Under the pieces are notes generated by a model. It saw nothing but the letters and a program-made list of their open reading frames with translations. It ran no database searches and was not told the DNA's origin. Of a stretch of 64,000 nucleotides of DNA, positions 10,030 through 19,410 are shown piece by piece; positions within the stretch are counted from its first letter, which is position 1, and every line of letters starts with the position of its first letter. Both the position numbers and the translations under genes were made by a program. The DNA is from an uncultured Alphaproteobacteria bacterium (GTDB lineage Bacteria > Pseudomonadota > Alphaproteobacteria > Rhizobiales > Xanthobacteraceae), in assembly GCA_963707615.1 (NCBI GenBank), contig CAVPQT010000005.1, positions 11,850-75,849 on the forward strand. Direction: 5' to 3'.

Positions 10030-10317
10030 TCAGTTGAGCAGGACGTCGAGAGGAATTTGTTTTTTGGGGGTGCCCGCCGGCAAGAGCACTCTTCCGTCCG
10101 GTCCAAGCAACGGCCTCTGCGTGACGTTTGGATTCGTCGTTGCCGACTGTTGCGCCGAGGGTGCCGGCTGTTGCGCCGTATAGGATGCGGCCGGCGGCGG
10201 ATCGAGCGGCCCTTTCCGCCCGCACGCCGACAGCCCGAGCGACGCGATGAGCGCGCCGATCAAGGCGATCCAGAGAAATGGGCGGTCAGGCTGACTTACG
10301 GGCGCGGCTCCTTGCAT
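10030..10317 (-). CDS. Small lipoprotein (lipobox LSAC), Pro/Ala/Gln-rich
   Basis: Signal peptide WIALIGALIASLGLSAC|G with a lipobox. Small lipoprotein genes commonly sit between argH and lysA in Proteobacteria. Confidence 0.6.
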   Translation of the reverse strand: MQGAAPVSQPDRPFLWIALIGALIASLGLSACGRKGPLDPPPAASYTAQQPAPSAQQSATTNPNVTQRPLLGPDGRVLLPAGTPKKQIPLDVLLN

Positions 10318-10353
10318 GGAGGAACGATAGCAAAACAGCTAAACAAGGCGAAG

Positions 10354-11745
10354 TCAGGATTTCTCTTTTTCCAGCTTGCGCAGCCATTTTTTGGCCTGCG
10401 CCCGTACATTTTTGGGCGCCGTTCCGCCAAAACTCGTCCGGCTCTTCACGGACCGATCGACCGAAAGGACATTGAATACGTCGTCGACGATCCGCGGTTC
10501 GATGCCCCGCATCGTCGAAAGCGGCAGCCGATGCAACGCCGTGCCGGTCTCCGCCGCCTTGGCGACGATCCGACCGGTAATGTGGTGCGCCTCGCGGAAC
10601 GGAATTTTCAGCGTCCGCACCAGCCAGTCGGCGAGATCGGTTGCGGTGGCGTAGCCTTCGCCGGCCGCCTTTTTCATCTTCGCCGGATCAGGCTCGAGAT
10701 CGGCAATCATCCCGGTCATTGCGGCCAGCGACAGGGAGAGCGCGGCGAGCGCATCCATCGCGCCCTCCTTGTCCTCCTGCATGTCCTTGGCATAGGCCAA
10801 CGGCAATCCCTTCATCACGACCAGAAGCGCATTGAGCGATCCGACGATGCGGCCGGTCTTTCCGCGTACGAGCTCCGCAGCGTCCGGATTGCGCTTTTGC
10901 GGCATGATCGAAGAGCCGGTGGTGAATTTGTCCGACAGCTTGACGAGGCCGGTCAGCGGCGACGTCCAGATGACGATCTCCTCGGCAAGACGCGACAGAT
11001 GCACGGACGTGATCGCCGCGGCCGCGAGGACTTCCATGACGAAATCGCGATCGGAAACCGCATCTACTGAATTGGCCATCGGCCGATCGAAGCCCAATGC
11101 ATCAGCGGTCATGTCGCGATCGACCGCGAACGACGTCCCGGCAAGCGCGGCCGCGCCAAGCGGAGATTCGTTTAAACGCTTGCGGGCGTCGGCAAACCTG
11201 CCGCGGTCGCGTCCAGCCATCTCGACATAAGCCAACAGGTGATGTCCGAATGTGATCGGCTGCGCAGTCTGCAAATGCGTGAGTCCGGGCATCAGCGTGC
11301 CGGCATGCGCCAATGCCTTTTCGGTCAGGGCACGCTGATAAGCGGCAAGTGAGGCGTCGAGCGCGTCGACGGTGTCGCGCACCCACAGTCTGAAGTCGGT
11401 CGCAACCTGGTCGTTGCGCGAGCGTGCCGTGTGCAGCCTGCCGGCCGCCTCGCCGATCAGCTCCGAAAGACGGCTTTCCACATTCATGTGGATGTCTTCC
11501 AAAGCCCGCTTGAATGAGAACTTGCCGGCGTCGATTTCTGACAGGATCGTGTCTAGACCGTGAGCGATCTTTTTCGCATCGTCGGCCGTAATGATACCTT
11601 GCTTGGCCAGCATGTCCGCATGGGCCTTTGATGCCGCGATGTCCTGACGGTAAAGATGCCGGTCGAAATCGATGGAGGCGTTAATCTCCTCCATGATTGC
11701 GCCGGGGCCAGACGCGAACCGCCCACCCCACATTTTGTTGCTCAT
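10354..11745 (-). CDS. argH: Argininosuccinate lyase
   Basis: Start [14 protein letters not shown]. Fumarate-lyase signature [12 protein letters not shown]. Confidence 0.93.
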   Translation of the reverse strand: MSNKMWGGRFASGPGAIMEEINASIDFDRHLYRQDIAASKAHADMLAKQGIITADDAKKIAHGLDTILSEIDAGKFSFKRALEDIHMNVESRLSELIGEAAGRLHTARSRNDQVATDFRLWVRDTVDALDASLAAYQRALTEKALAHAGTLMPGLTHLQTAQPITFGHHLLAYVEMAGRDRGRFADARKRLNESPLGAAALAGTSFAVDRDMTADALGFDRPMANSVDAVSDRDFVMEVLAAAAITSVHLSRLAEEIVIWTSPLTGLVKLSDKFTTGSSIMPQKRNPDAAELVRGKTGRIVGSLNALLVVMKGLPLAYAKDMQEDKEGAMDALAALSLSLAAMTGMIADLEPDPAKMKKAAGEGYATATDLADWLVRTLKIPFREAHHITGRIVAKAAETGTALHRLPLSTMRGIEPRIVDDVFNVLSVDRSVKSRTSFGGTAPKNVRAQAKKWLRKLEKEKS

Positions 11746-11766
11746 GGCATATTCACCAAACCGCTC

Positions 11767-12423
11767 ATGACCGCGACCCAATCCAGTTTCACCAAAAAAC
11801 GCCTCGCTATTGTTCTGGCGGGCGGAATCGCCGGAGTCGTGGTTGGGCTTGCGGGGGTATACGGGATTGCGACCCTTACGCGCAACGTGGGCGGCGACGC
11901 CACCTGCCGGCCGGCTGTCGAATTAGCCAAGAAAATAGCGCCTTTGGCGCGTGGCGAGGTAGCCGCCGTTAACGTTGCCAAAAGTCCGTTGCGTATTCCC
12001 GACCTTGCCTTCCAGGATTCGGCCGGCAAGCCCCTGACACTGGCGAACTGGCACGGGCGCACGGTCCTGCTCAACCTGTGGGCCACGTGGTGCGTGCCCT
12101 GTCGTAAGGAGATGCCCGCACTCGATACGCTGGAGCAACGGCTGGGCGGGCCCCGGTTCGAAGTCGTGACGGTCAATATCGATACGCGCGACGCTGACAA
12201 GCCGAAGGCCTGGCTTAACGAGATTGGCGTGCAGAAGCTGACTTACTTTGCCGATCCGACGGCACGCGTGTTTCAGGATCTCAAGGCCATCGGCCGTGCG
12301 TTCGGCATGCCGACGACACTTTTGATCGATCCGCAGGGTTGCGAGATCGCCACCATCGCCGGACCGGCTGAATGGGCAAGCGATGATGCGATCAAGCTCA
12401 TCCAGGCCGCGCTCGGGCAATAA
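11767..12423 (+). CDS. tlpA: Thiol:disulfide interchange protein TlpA (membrane-anchored thioredoxin-like)
   Basis: TM anchor followed by a thioredoxin fold with [13 protein letters not shown]. Divergent from argH as in Bradyrhizobium. The start chosen is MTATQSS. Confidence 0.85.
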   Translation: MTATQSSFTKKRLAIVLAGGIAGVVVGLAGVYGIATLTRNVGGDATCRPAVELAKKIAPLARGEVAAVNVAKSPLRIPDLAFQDSAGKPLTLANWHGRTVLLNLWATWCVPCRKEMPALDTLEQRLGGPRFEVVTVNIDTRDADKPKAWLNEIGVQKLTYFADPTARVFQDLKAIGRAFGMPTTLLIDPQGCEIATIAGPAEWASDDAIKLIQAALGQ

Positions 12424-12437
12424 GCGGCCGCTCAGCT

Positions 12438-12638
12438 CTACGCAGTGATGTTGAGATTCTGTCCGACGCCAGCGGCAACGTTGGCGAGGCTCGCAATGTT
12501 GCGTTGCGCGGCGTTGATCACTTCGACGATGCATGCGGCGTTGTCGGCGTTCATCCGCACCATCTTCGCGGCAACGGCCATCTGCGCGCTGCTCATTTGC
12601 GCGCCGGCTAAAGCGGAAGCGAGAGATACCGGATCCAT
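12438..12638 (-). CDS. YjfB-like small protein (putative motility protein family)
   Basis: 66 aa, Ala-rich. MDPVSLASALAGAQMSSAQMAVAAKMVRMN resembles the YjfB_motility family from memory. Confidence 0.45.
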   Translation of the reverse strand: MDPVSLASALAGAQMSSAQMAVAAKMVRMNADNAACIVEVINAAQRNIASLANVAAGVGQNLNITA

Positions 12639-12726
12639 CTCCAGTTACCTCTAATCCTTTTTGGTCAACGAAAGATAAACGCCCGATCGCCTTGACAACG
12701 AGACGTGCACCTCTATACTTAACCAA

Positions 12727-13158
12727 ATGGTTTACTATTCAAAACCAAACCTCGATCGCACTTTTGCCGCGCTGGCAGACCCCACGCGACGCGCGTTGCT
12801 CGCCCGGCTGAGCGAAGAGGACAGTCTTTCGGTCAGCGAACTTGCCAAGCCGTTTTCGATGTCGTTGCCGGCAGTCATGAAACATCTCGACGTTCTGTCG
12901 GATGCGGGACTTGTCGGACGCGAGAAGAGCGGACGCATCGTGAGCTGCCGTTTGCGAGCGGAACCAATGCGCGACGCTAACGATTGGCTCAATCGATACC
13001 AGAAATTCTGGACGGATCGGTTGGACCAGCTTGCCGCCTTTTTGGAGGAAGAAACATGGCCACCACCCTCACAGTCAAACCCAGTCTCACCATCAAGCGA
13101 CGCTTCAACGCGCCGCCGGAAAAAGTCTTCGCGGCGTGGACCGACCCGCAAAAAGTAA
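12727..13158 (+). CDS. ArsR/SmtB-family transcriptional regulator (3' end runs ~100 nt into the next gene)
   Basis: FAALADPTRRALLARL ... SVSELAKPFSMSLPAVMKHLDVLSDAGLV winged-HTH. The ORF continues in another frame of the downstream gene to 13158. Confidence 0.8.
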   Translation: MVYYSKPNLDRTFAALADPTRRALLARLSEEDSLSVSELAKPFSMSLPAVMKHLDVLSDAGLVGREKSGRIVSCRLRAEPMRDANDWLNRYQKFWTDRLDQLAAFLEEETWPPPSQSNPVSPSSDASTRRRKKSSRRGPTRKK

Positions 13159-13499
13159 TGCGCTGGATGGGTCCGGGCGAAATCAAGGCTCTGCACGCGG
13201 AAAGCGATCTACGCACCGGCGGTCGCTACCGTTGGGTCATGAGATCGCCGGACGGCGAAGATCACGACGTCAGCGGCGTGTATCGGGAAATCATCCCGAA
13301 CGAGAAACTTGTTTTCACCTGGGCGTGGAAGTCCACGCCAGAACGTGAGTCGCTCGTGACGCTGACCTTCAAGCGCGATGGCGACGGCACGCTCATGACA
13401 TTGATGCACGAGAAGTTCTTCGACGAAGACGCGCGCGACAGGCACCAGACCGGCTGGACCAGCGCGATGGAGAAACTCGACAAATACCTCACAGCGTAA
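13056..13499 (+). CDS. SRPBCC/AHSA1-domain protein
   Basis: MATTLTVKPSLTIKRRFNAPPEKVFAAWTDP... is typical of Aha1/BPI-like SRPBCC proteins that pair with ArsR regulators. Confidence 0.8.
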   Translation: MATTLTVKPSLTIKRRFNAPPEKVFAAWTDPQKVMRWMGPGEIKALHAESDLRTGGRYRWVMRSPDGEDHDVSGVYREIIPNEKLVFTWAWKSTPERESLVTLTFKRDGDGTLMTLMHEKFFDEDARDRHQTGWTSAMEKLDKYLTA

Positions 13500-13508
13500 T
13501 CACTGGAG

Positions 13509-13901
13509 TTGCCTATGCCACACGAATGGTCCCACGGACATTTCTATTGGAACGAGCTGATGACACGCGACGCCGAGAAGGCGAAAAAGTTCTACAGCAC
13601 GACTGTGGGATGGACATTTGATCCCATGCCGATGCCGGACGACACCTATTGGGTCGCCAAGATGGGCGGCGAATATGTCGGCGGTCTGTTCCCTTTGAGC
13701 AGCCCGCAATTCGATGGTGTCCCGGAGAGCTGGATGTCCTATCTCGCCGTCGACGACGTCGACGCGCGGGTAAAAAAAGCCCAATCAGCCGGCGCAACAT
13801 TGATGCGACCGATCTTCGATGTCCCCGGGGTCGGTCGCATCGCAATTCTCAAAGAACCAGGCGGAGCCGGGGTCGGCTGGATGACCCCGGCGAAAGCCTG
13901 A
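13509..13901 (+). CDS. VOC (glyoxalase/bleomycin-resistance fold) family protein
   Basis: 130 aa. GHFYWNELMTRD ... ILKEPGGAGVGW is typical of small VOC proteins. Confidence 0.8.
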   Translation: MPMPHEWSHGHFYWNELMTRDAEKAKKFYSTTVGWTFDPMPMPDDTYWVAKMGGEYVGGLFPLSSPQFDGVPESWMSYLAVDDVDARVKKAQSAGATLMRPIFDVPGVGRIAILKEPGGAGVGWMTPAKA

Positions 13902-13921
13902 CAATCATGCGGAGATAAGCC

Positions 13922-14656
13922 ATGCAACACGCAGTCGTTTCGCAAAATGAGTGGCTGGCCGCGCGCAAGGCGCTGCTCGCCAAGGAAAAGGAATTCACCA
14001 GGGCGCGTGACCAGCTGAGCGAAGCACGACGCGCGTTGCCTTGGGTCAAGGTCGAGAAAAACTACGCCTTCGAAGGCCCGAACGGCCGGGAAACTCTGTC
14101 CGATCTGTTCGGCGGCAAAAGCCAGCTGATCATCTACCACTTCATGCTTGGCCCGGGCTGGGTGCAAGGCTGTCCCAGTTGCTCATTCCTTGCCGATCAT
14201 TTCGACGGCGCTGCCATCCATCTCGCCCAGCGCGATGTGTCGCTTGTGGTCGTCTCGCGCGCTCCGTTCGCCGAAATCGAAACCTACAGGAAACGCATGG
14301 GCTGGAAATTCAAATGGGTGTCTTCAAACGGCAACGACTTCAATCACGACTTTCATGTGTCGTTCACGCCCGAGGAGAAGGCCCGCGGCAAGGTCGAATA
14401 CAACTACGCAATGACCGAGTTTCCCAGCGAAGAAGCGCCGGGTCTGAGTGCGTTCATCAAAACCGACACCGGCCAGGTGCTGCACACCTACTCTTCGTAC
14501 GCGCGCGGCCTCGACATTCTTGTCGGCGCTTACAACTTCCTCGATTTTGCACCCAAGGGCCGCGACGAAGGCGCGTTGCCGTGGAGCATGGCGTGGGTGC
14601 GCCGCCACGATGAATACGAAACAGCTACGCCACCGAAAGCAAGTTGCTGCGGCTAG
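13922..14656 (+). CDS. DUF899 thioredoxin-like protein
   Basis: N-terminus VVSQNEWLAARKALLAKEKEFTRARDQLSEARRALPW and the CPSCS motif are hallmarks of DUF899. Confidence 0.85.
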   Translation: MQHAVVSQNEWLAARKALLAKEKEFTRARDQLSEARRALPWVKVEKNYAFEGPNGRETLSDLFGGKSQLIIYHFMLGPGWVQGCPSCSFLADHFDGAAIHLAQRDVSLVVVSRAPFAEIETYRKRMGWKFKWVSSNGNDFNHDFHVSFTPEEKARGKVEYNYAMTEFPSEEAPGLSAFIKTDTGQVLHTYSSYARGLDILVGAYNFLDFAPKGRDEGALPWSMAWVRRHDEYETATPPKASCCG

Positions 14657-14698
14657 GCGGAACCCGACGCGCCATCACAAAAACCACGGAGTGTCTCG

Positions 14699-15349
14699 AT
14701 GATCAAAGTAAGTGCCTTCCGCTGGGTCCCACCTTTCGCGCGCGGCCTGGTCCGCGACCTGCGCGTGCGATGGGCCCTCGAAGAGGCCGGTATGCCCTAC
14801 CAGGCACGATTGATCGGCCCGGACGATCAGAAATCCAAAAGCTACCGCGCGATGCAGCCGTTCGGACAAGTGCCGGCTTTCGAGGACGACAATCTCGTTC
14901 TGTTCGAATCCGGAGCCATTCTTTTGCACATCGCCGAGCAATCGGATGTGCTGATGCCGTCCGATCCGAAGGCCCGTGCCCGCACGACCGCCTGGATGTT
15001 CGCCGCGGTGAATTCGGTCGAACCGCACATTCAGAACTTGACGGCGATCGACCTTTTTCACGCGGACCAGGAATGGGCCAAACAACGCCGCCCTGCCGCG
15101 CTCACCCTCGCGCAAACCCGCCTGACGGCCTTGTCGGATTGGCTCAATGGCCGCGACTACCTGGAGGATCGCTTCACGGTCGCCGATCTTCTGATGACGA
15201 CCGTGCTGAGGATCCCGCGCCAAACCGATTTGATTGCGCAAATGCCGACGCTCGAAGCCTATCGCCTGCGATGCGAAGCGCGGCCCGCGTTCAAGAAGGC
15301 ATTGAAAGCGCAATTGGCGGATTTCGCCGATGAGGCTTCGGCGGCCTAG
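14699..15349 (+). CDS. Glutathione S-transferase
   Basis: 216 aa with a GST N-domain (QVPAFEDDNLVLFESGAILLHI) and an alpha-helical C-domain. Confidence 0.85.
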   Translation: MIKVSAFRWVPPFARGLVRDLRVRWALEEAGMPYQARLIGPDDQKSKSYRAMQPFGQVPAFEDDNLVLFESGAILLHIAEQSDVLMPSDPKARARTTAWMFAAVNSVEPHIQNLTAIDLFHADQEWAKQRRPAALTLAQTRLTALSDWLNGRDYLEDRFTVADLLMTTVLRIPRQTDLIAQMPTLEAYRLRCEARPAFKKALKAQLADFADEASAA

Positions 15350-15353
15350 CCGT

Positions 15354-16235
15354 CTAGCGCGTCGGGACCGGCTTCTCGCCGCGATAGTCGTAGAACCCGC
15401 GCTGGGTTTTGCGACCGAGCCAGCCGGCTTCGACGTACTTCACCAAAAGCGGGCATGGCCGATATTTTGAATCGGCCAGGCCCTCGTGAAGCACCTGCAT
15501 CACCGACAGACAGGTGTCGAGACCGATGAAATCGGCAAGCTCGAGCGGCCCCATGGGATGATGCGCGCCCAGGCGCATCGCCGTGTCGATTGCCTCGACG
15601 TTCCCCACGCCCTCATAGAGCGTATAGATCGCCTCGTTGATCATCGGCAGCAGAATGCGATTGACGATGAAGGCCGGGAAATCCTCCGACACGGCAATCG
15701 TCTTGCCGAGCTTTATGACGAACGCCTTGCTGGATTCGAAGGTCCCATCATCGGTCGCGATACCGCGGATCAGTTCGACCAGTTCCATCAGCGGCACCGG
15801 ATTCATGAAGTGAATGCCGATGAAGCGCTCGGGGCGATCGGTCGACGACGCCAGCCGCGTAATTGAAATCGAGGAGGTGTTCGTTGCGAGAATGGCTTCA
15901 GGCTTCAGCGATCCGCATACGTCGGAAAAGATCTTGCGCTTGACCTCTTCCTTTTCGGTCGCAGTCTCGATCACCAGATCGCAACCCGACAGCGCGTCAT
16001 ACGTTTCCGCCGGCTTGATGCGCGCCAGAGCATTCTTGCGATCATCTTCGCTGATCGATTTTTTTCCGACCTGGCGGGCCATGTTACCGTTGATCGTCGC
16101 CATGCCGGCCTTGATGCGATCAGCCGATAGGTCGTTAAGATGAACCGAATATCCGGCTAGCGCGCACACATGGGCGATACCGTTGCCCATCTGGCCGGCG
16201 CCGATCACTCCGACATTTTGAATTTTGACCGCCAT
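15354..16235 (-). CDS. hbd: 3-hydroxybutyryl-CoA dehydrogenase
   Basis: Rossmann motif VGVIGAGQMGNGIA plus the 3HCDH C-terminal domain (GFIVNRILLPMINEA, PMGPLELADFIGLD). Confidence 0.9.
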   Translation of the reverse strand: MAVKIQNVGVIGAGQMGNGIAHVCALAGYSVHLNDLSADRIKAGMATINGNMARQVGKKSISEDDRKNALARIKPAETYDALSGCDLVIETATEKEEVKRKIFSDVCGSLKPEAILATNTSSISITRLASSTDRPERFIGIHFMNPVPLMELVELIRGIATDDGTFESSKAFVIKLGKTIAVSEDFPAFIVNRILLPMINEAIYTLYEGVGNVEAIDTAMRLGAHHPMGPLELADFIGLDTCLSVMQVLHEGLADSKYRPCPLLVKYVEAGWLGRKTQRGFYDYRGEKPVPTR

Positions 16236-16364
16236 TGTTCTCGTCCGATCGATGCGAAGTCCCGGTTCTTTGCTTCGTTTTCGGTTAGATTTTACTGCTT
16301 CCCGGTAGTTTTACGACGTAGCGCCACACGATGCCATTGGCGAAACAGAAATTTGCAATCGTAG

Positions 16365-17309
16365 TCAACGCTTGACCTTATCCAGTTCCGCGGACAGTTC
16401 CGGCAGCGCCTGATAGAGATCGGCCACCAGGCCGTAGTCCGCAACCTGGAAGATCGGCGCCTCCTCGTCCTTATTGATAGCAACAATCACCTTGGAGTCT
16501 TTCATCCCGGCCAAATGCTGAATCGCGCCGGAAATACCGACGGCGATATAAAGTTCAGGCGCCACAACCTTGCCGGTCTGGCCAACCTGCCAATCGTTCG
16601 GGGCATAGCCGGCATCGACCGCGGCGCGCGAAGCGCCGACGGCGGCGCCAAGCTTGTCGGCCACCGGCTCGATGTACTTGGTGAAGTTCTCGCGGCTTTG
16701 CATCGCGCGCCCGCCGGAGATGATGATTTTTGCCGAGGTCAGTTCAGGCCGATCCGATTTCGACAATTGTTCGCCGACGAACGAGGAAAGATTGGGATCG
16801 GCAGCAGTCGCGGCATTCTCAACGCTGGCCGAGCCGCCAGCACCCGCCGCCTGGAAGGTCGAGGTCCGAACGGTGATCACTTTCTTGGCGTCGGATGACT
16901 TCACCGTCTGGATCGCGTTGCCGGCGTAGATCGGGCGCTCGAACGTATCGGGGGCGACAACCTTTGTGATATCCGAAATCTGCATGACGTCGAGCAGCGC
17001 CGCGACGCGAGGCATGACATTTTTTCCGGTTGTCGTCGCTGGCGAGATAATCGCGTCGTACTTCGGGGCCAGCGAGACGATCAGCGCGGCAAGCGGCTCC
17101 GCGAGCTGATGCTCATAAGCCGGTGCATCGGCCATCAGAACTTTCTTCACACCATCGAGTTTGGCGGCGGCGTCGGCTGCGCCCTTGCAGTCCTTGCCGG
17201 CGACCAGCACGTCGACATCGGCGCCCATCGCTTTCGCCGCGGTGAGTGCCTTGTTGGTGGAATCCTTGAGCGTTTTGTTGTCGTGCTCTGCGACAAGAAG
17301 CGTGGCCAT
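16365..17309 (-). CDS. etfA: Electron transfer flavoprotein alpha subunit
   Basis: ELYIAVGISGAIQHLAGMKDSKVIVAINKDEEAPIF FAD-binding signature. Confidence 0.93.
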   Translation of the reverse strand: MATLLVAEHDNKTLKDSTNKALTAAKAMGADVDVLVAGKDCKGAADAAAKLDGVKKVLMADAPAYEHQLAEPLAALIVSLAPKYDAIISPATTTGKNVMPRVAALLDVMQISDITKVVAPDTFERPIYAGNAIQTVKSSDAKKVITVRTSTFQAAGAGGSASVENAATAADPNLSSFVGEQLSKSDRPELTSAKIIISGGRAMQSRENFTKYIEPVADKLGAAVGASRAAVDAGYAPNDWQVGQTGKVVAPELYIAVGISGAIQHLAGMKDSKVIVAINKDEEAPIFQVADYGLVADLYQALPELSAELDKVKR

Positions 17310-17310
17310 G

Positions 17311-18060
17311 TCAGAGGACCCCCGCTTCGTCTTTGAGCTTGCTGACCAGTTCGGCCGCTGACGCGACCTTAACTCCGGATTTGCGTCCCGGCGGTTCAGC
17401 CGTCTTCAGCACCTGCAGCCGCGGTTTTACATCGACGCCGTAAGCGTCCGGGGTCTTTTCCTCGATCGGCTTTTTCTTCGCCTTCATGATATTCGGCAGC
17501 GACGCATAACGCGGCTCGTTGAGCCGGAGATCGGTCGTGACGATGGCCGGCATTTTCAATTTGACAGTCTGCAGGCCGCCATCAACTTCGCGCGTCACGT
17601 CGAGCGCGTCACCTTCAATCGCGAGCTTGGATGCGAAGGTGCCCTGCGCCCAGTTCAACAGCGCAGCCAGCATCTGGCCGGTCTGATTGCAGTCATCGTC
17701 GATCGCCTGTTTGCCCATGATCACCAGGCCGGGCTTTTCCGCGTCGACAATCGCTTTGAGGATCTTCGCAACCGCGAGCGGCTCGACCGGACCGTCAGTC
17801 TTCACCAGAATGCCGCGATCGGCACCCATGGCGAGCGCGGTACGGATCGTCTCGGAAGACTGAGCAGGTCCGACGGACACAGCCACGATCTCCGTCGCCT
17901 TGCCGCCCTCTTTCAGACGGATCGCTTCCTCGACCGCGATCTCGTCGAAGGGATTCATCGACATCTTGATGTTGGCAAGCTCAACGCCGGAGCCGTCCGG
18001 CTTGACGCGAATTTTGACGTTGAAATCGACCACCCGTTTTACGGGCACCAAAATCTTCAT
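17311..18060 (-). CDS. etfB: Electron transfer flavoprotein beta subunit
   Basis: [12 protein letters not shown]... [12 protein letters not shown]. One nt separates it from etfA. Confidence 0.93.
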   Translation of the reverse strand: MKILVPVKRVVDFNVKIRVKPDGSGVELANIKMSMNPFDEIAVEEAIRLKEGGKATEIVAVSVGPAQSSETIRTALAMGADRGILVKTDGPVEPLAVAKILKAIVDAEKPGLVIMGKQAIDDDCNQTGQMLAALLNWAQGTFASKLAIEGDALDVTREVDGGLQTVKLKMPAIVTTDLRLNEPRYASLPNIMKAKKKPIEEKTPDAYGVDVKPRLQVLKTAEPPGRKSGVKVASAAELVSKLKDEAGVL

Positions 18061-18199
18061 GTTCTCCCATCCGGGTGGGCGCTTGAGCGGCGCGGGCGGA
18101 AGCTAAAGGCCGCCGCGTTGGCCTGTCAACGCTTATGCTGCGGCGCACGCGGCCAACAGCTTCCCACCCGAAAGCCCCCTGTTTCCGGGCCAATGCCAC

Positions 18200-18772
18200 C
18201 TAGCGATTTTGCCCTGGCGCCCACAAAATGTCCGCCGTCCCCTTGTCGTTGGCATAGCGGCCGGCAACAAAGAGATAATCCGACAAACGGTTTACGTATT
18301 TGAGCGAGGGGGCTGATACCTCCTCGCCCGGCTGGTCCTTGAGCGCGACCATGATCCGTTCCGCACGACGGCAGACCGTCCGCGCCAGATGCAAATAAGA
18401 CGACGCAGGACTGCCCCCCGGCAAGATGAAAGACTTCAAGGGAGCGAGGTCGGCGTTGAGCCGGTCGATCTCGCCTTCGAGCCAGGTGACCTGCGCGTCC
18501 GTCACCGTCAGCCTCGCGCCTCCAGGCCCCTTCTCCGCCAAACAGAGGTCGGCCTCGACGTCGAAAAGATCGTTTTGAATGCGGGCAAGCGCGACATCGA
18601 GCGCCTTGTCACTGGCCGTATGCAGCCTCACCAGGCCGATGACTGCGTTGACTTCATCCAACGTGCCATAGGCCTCAACGCGAAGGTCGTACTTCTTGCG
18701 CCTCGCCCCCGTTCCAAGGGACGTCGTGCCGTCGTCACCTGTCCGGGTATAGATCCGGTTGAGCACGACCAT
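18200..18772 (-). CDS. PduO-type ATP:cob(I)alamin adenosyltransferase
   Basis: IYTRTGDDGTTSL N-terminus and a helical bundle with FILPGG. Confidence 0.85.
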   Translation of the reverse strand: MVVLNRIYTRTGDDGTTSLGTGARRKKYDLRVEAYGTLDEVNAVIGLVRLHTASDKALDVALARIQNDLFDVEADLCLAEKGPGGARLTVTDAQVTWLEGEIDRLNADLAPLKSFILPGGSPASSYLHLARTVCRRAERIMVALKDQPGEEVSAPSLKYVNRLSDYLFVAGRYANDKGTADILWAPGQNR

Positions 18773-18860
18773 ATCGACCTCGCTTAGCCTTTCTCTCTAC
18801 CAAGGATTCAGGGTAGCCTTATCCTATCCGTTTTCGGTCTCAAAAAATGGGGTATCACTC

Positions 18861-19049
18861 ATGCGTATTCTAACAATTGCCCTGTCCGCCGCATTCCTCG
18901 CCCTGCCATTTGCCGCGCCCGTGCAAGCCTGCGAAGGCGGGCTGCACTCCGCAAAGGCCGCCGTTACCGACTACTCCGCTGCAAAAAAGAAAAAGGCAAA
19001 AAAACCGAAAGAGAAAGTGGAGTATATGCGCGCGGCACCGATGAAGTGA
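18861..19049 (+). CDS. Small secreted Lys-rich protein (hypothetical)
   Basis: The internal ATG gives MRILTIALSAAFLALPFAAPVQA| as signal peptide. The mature part contains a KKKKAKKPKEK run. Confidence 0.4.
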   Translation: MRILTIALSAAFLALPFAAPVQACEGGLHSAKAAVTDYSAAKKKKAKKPKEKVEYMRAAPMK

Positions 19050-19069
19050 GACCGCGGCGCCAATTCTGA

Positions 19070-19264
19070 CTAGCGCCCCATCGCCCAGATCGTCGCCATG
19101 ATCACGATGATGGCGATGAACTGAAAAAGCACGCGCAGACGCATGAGTTTCTGCGAGCGGTTGGGCGAGCCGCCACGCATCATGTTGATCAAGCCGAGCA
19201 CCAACACGGCCGCCACCGCTATGATGGCGGCCGGCACGAGGTAATGTGACATGAATTCAGACAT
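19070..19264 (-). CDS. Twin transmembrane helix small protein (HIG1-domain like)
   Basis: 64 aa from MSEFMSHY with two TM helices flanking MMRGGSPNRSQKLMRLRV. Confidence 0.7.
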   Translation of the reverse strand: MSEFMSHYLVPAAIIAVAAVLVLGLINMMRGGSPNRSQKLMRLRVLFQFIAIIVIMATIWAMGR

Positions 19265-19410
19265 GGGCCCGCGTTCTAACACCAGCACCTGACCCAAGCC
19301 ATCGCTAGCCGTCGCGCGGCAGCCATACCCAACACCATTTAAAAATCTGACTCGCCTTTAGGTTGCATCACGGATATTATCTACATAAACGTGTGTAGCC
19401 TGGGTGGCGT

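Noticed and set aside
10021-11070. 349-aa + strand ORF
   Set aside because: It is antisense to argH and the lipoprotein gene and has no motifs.
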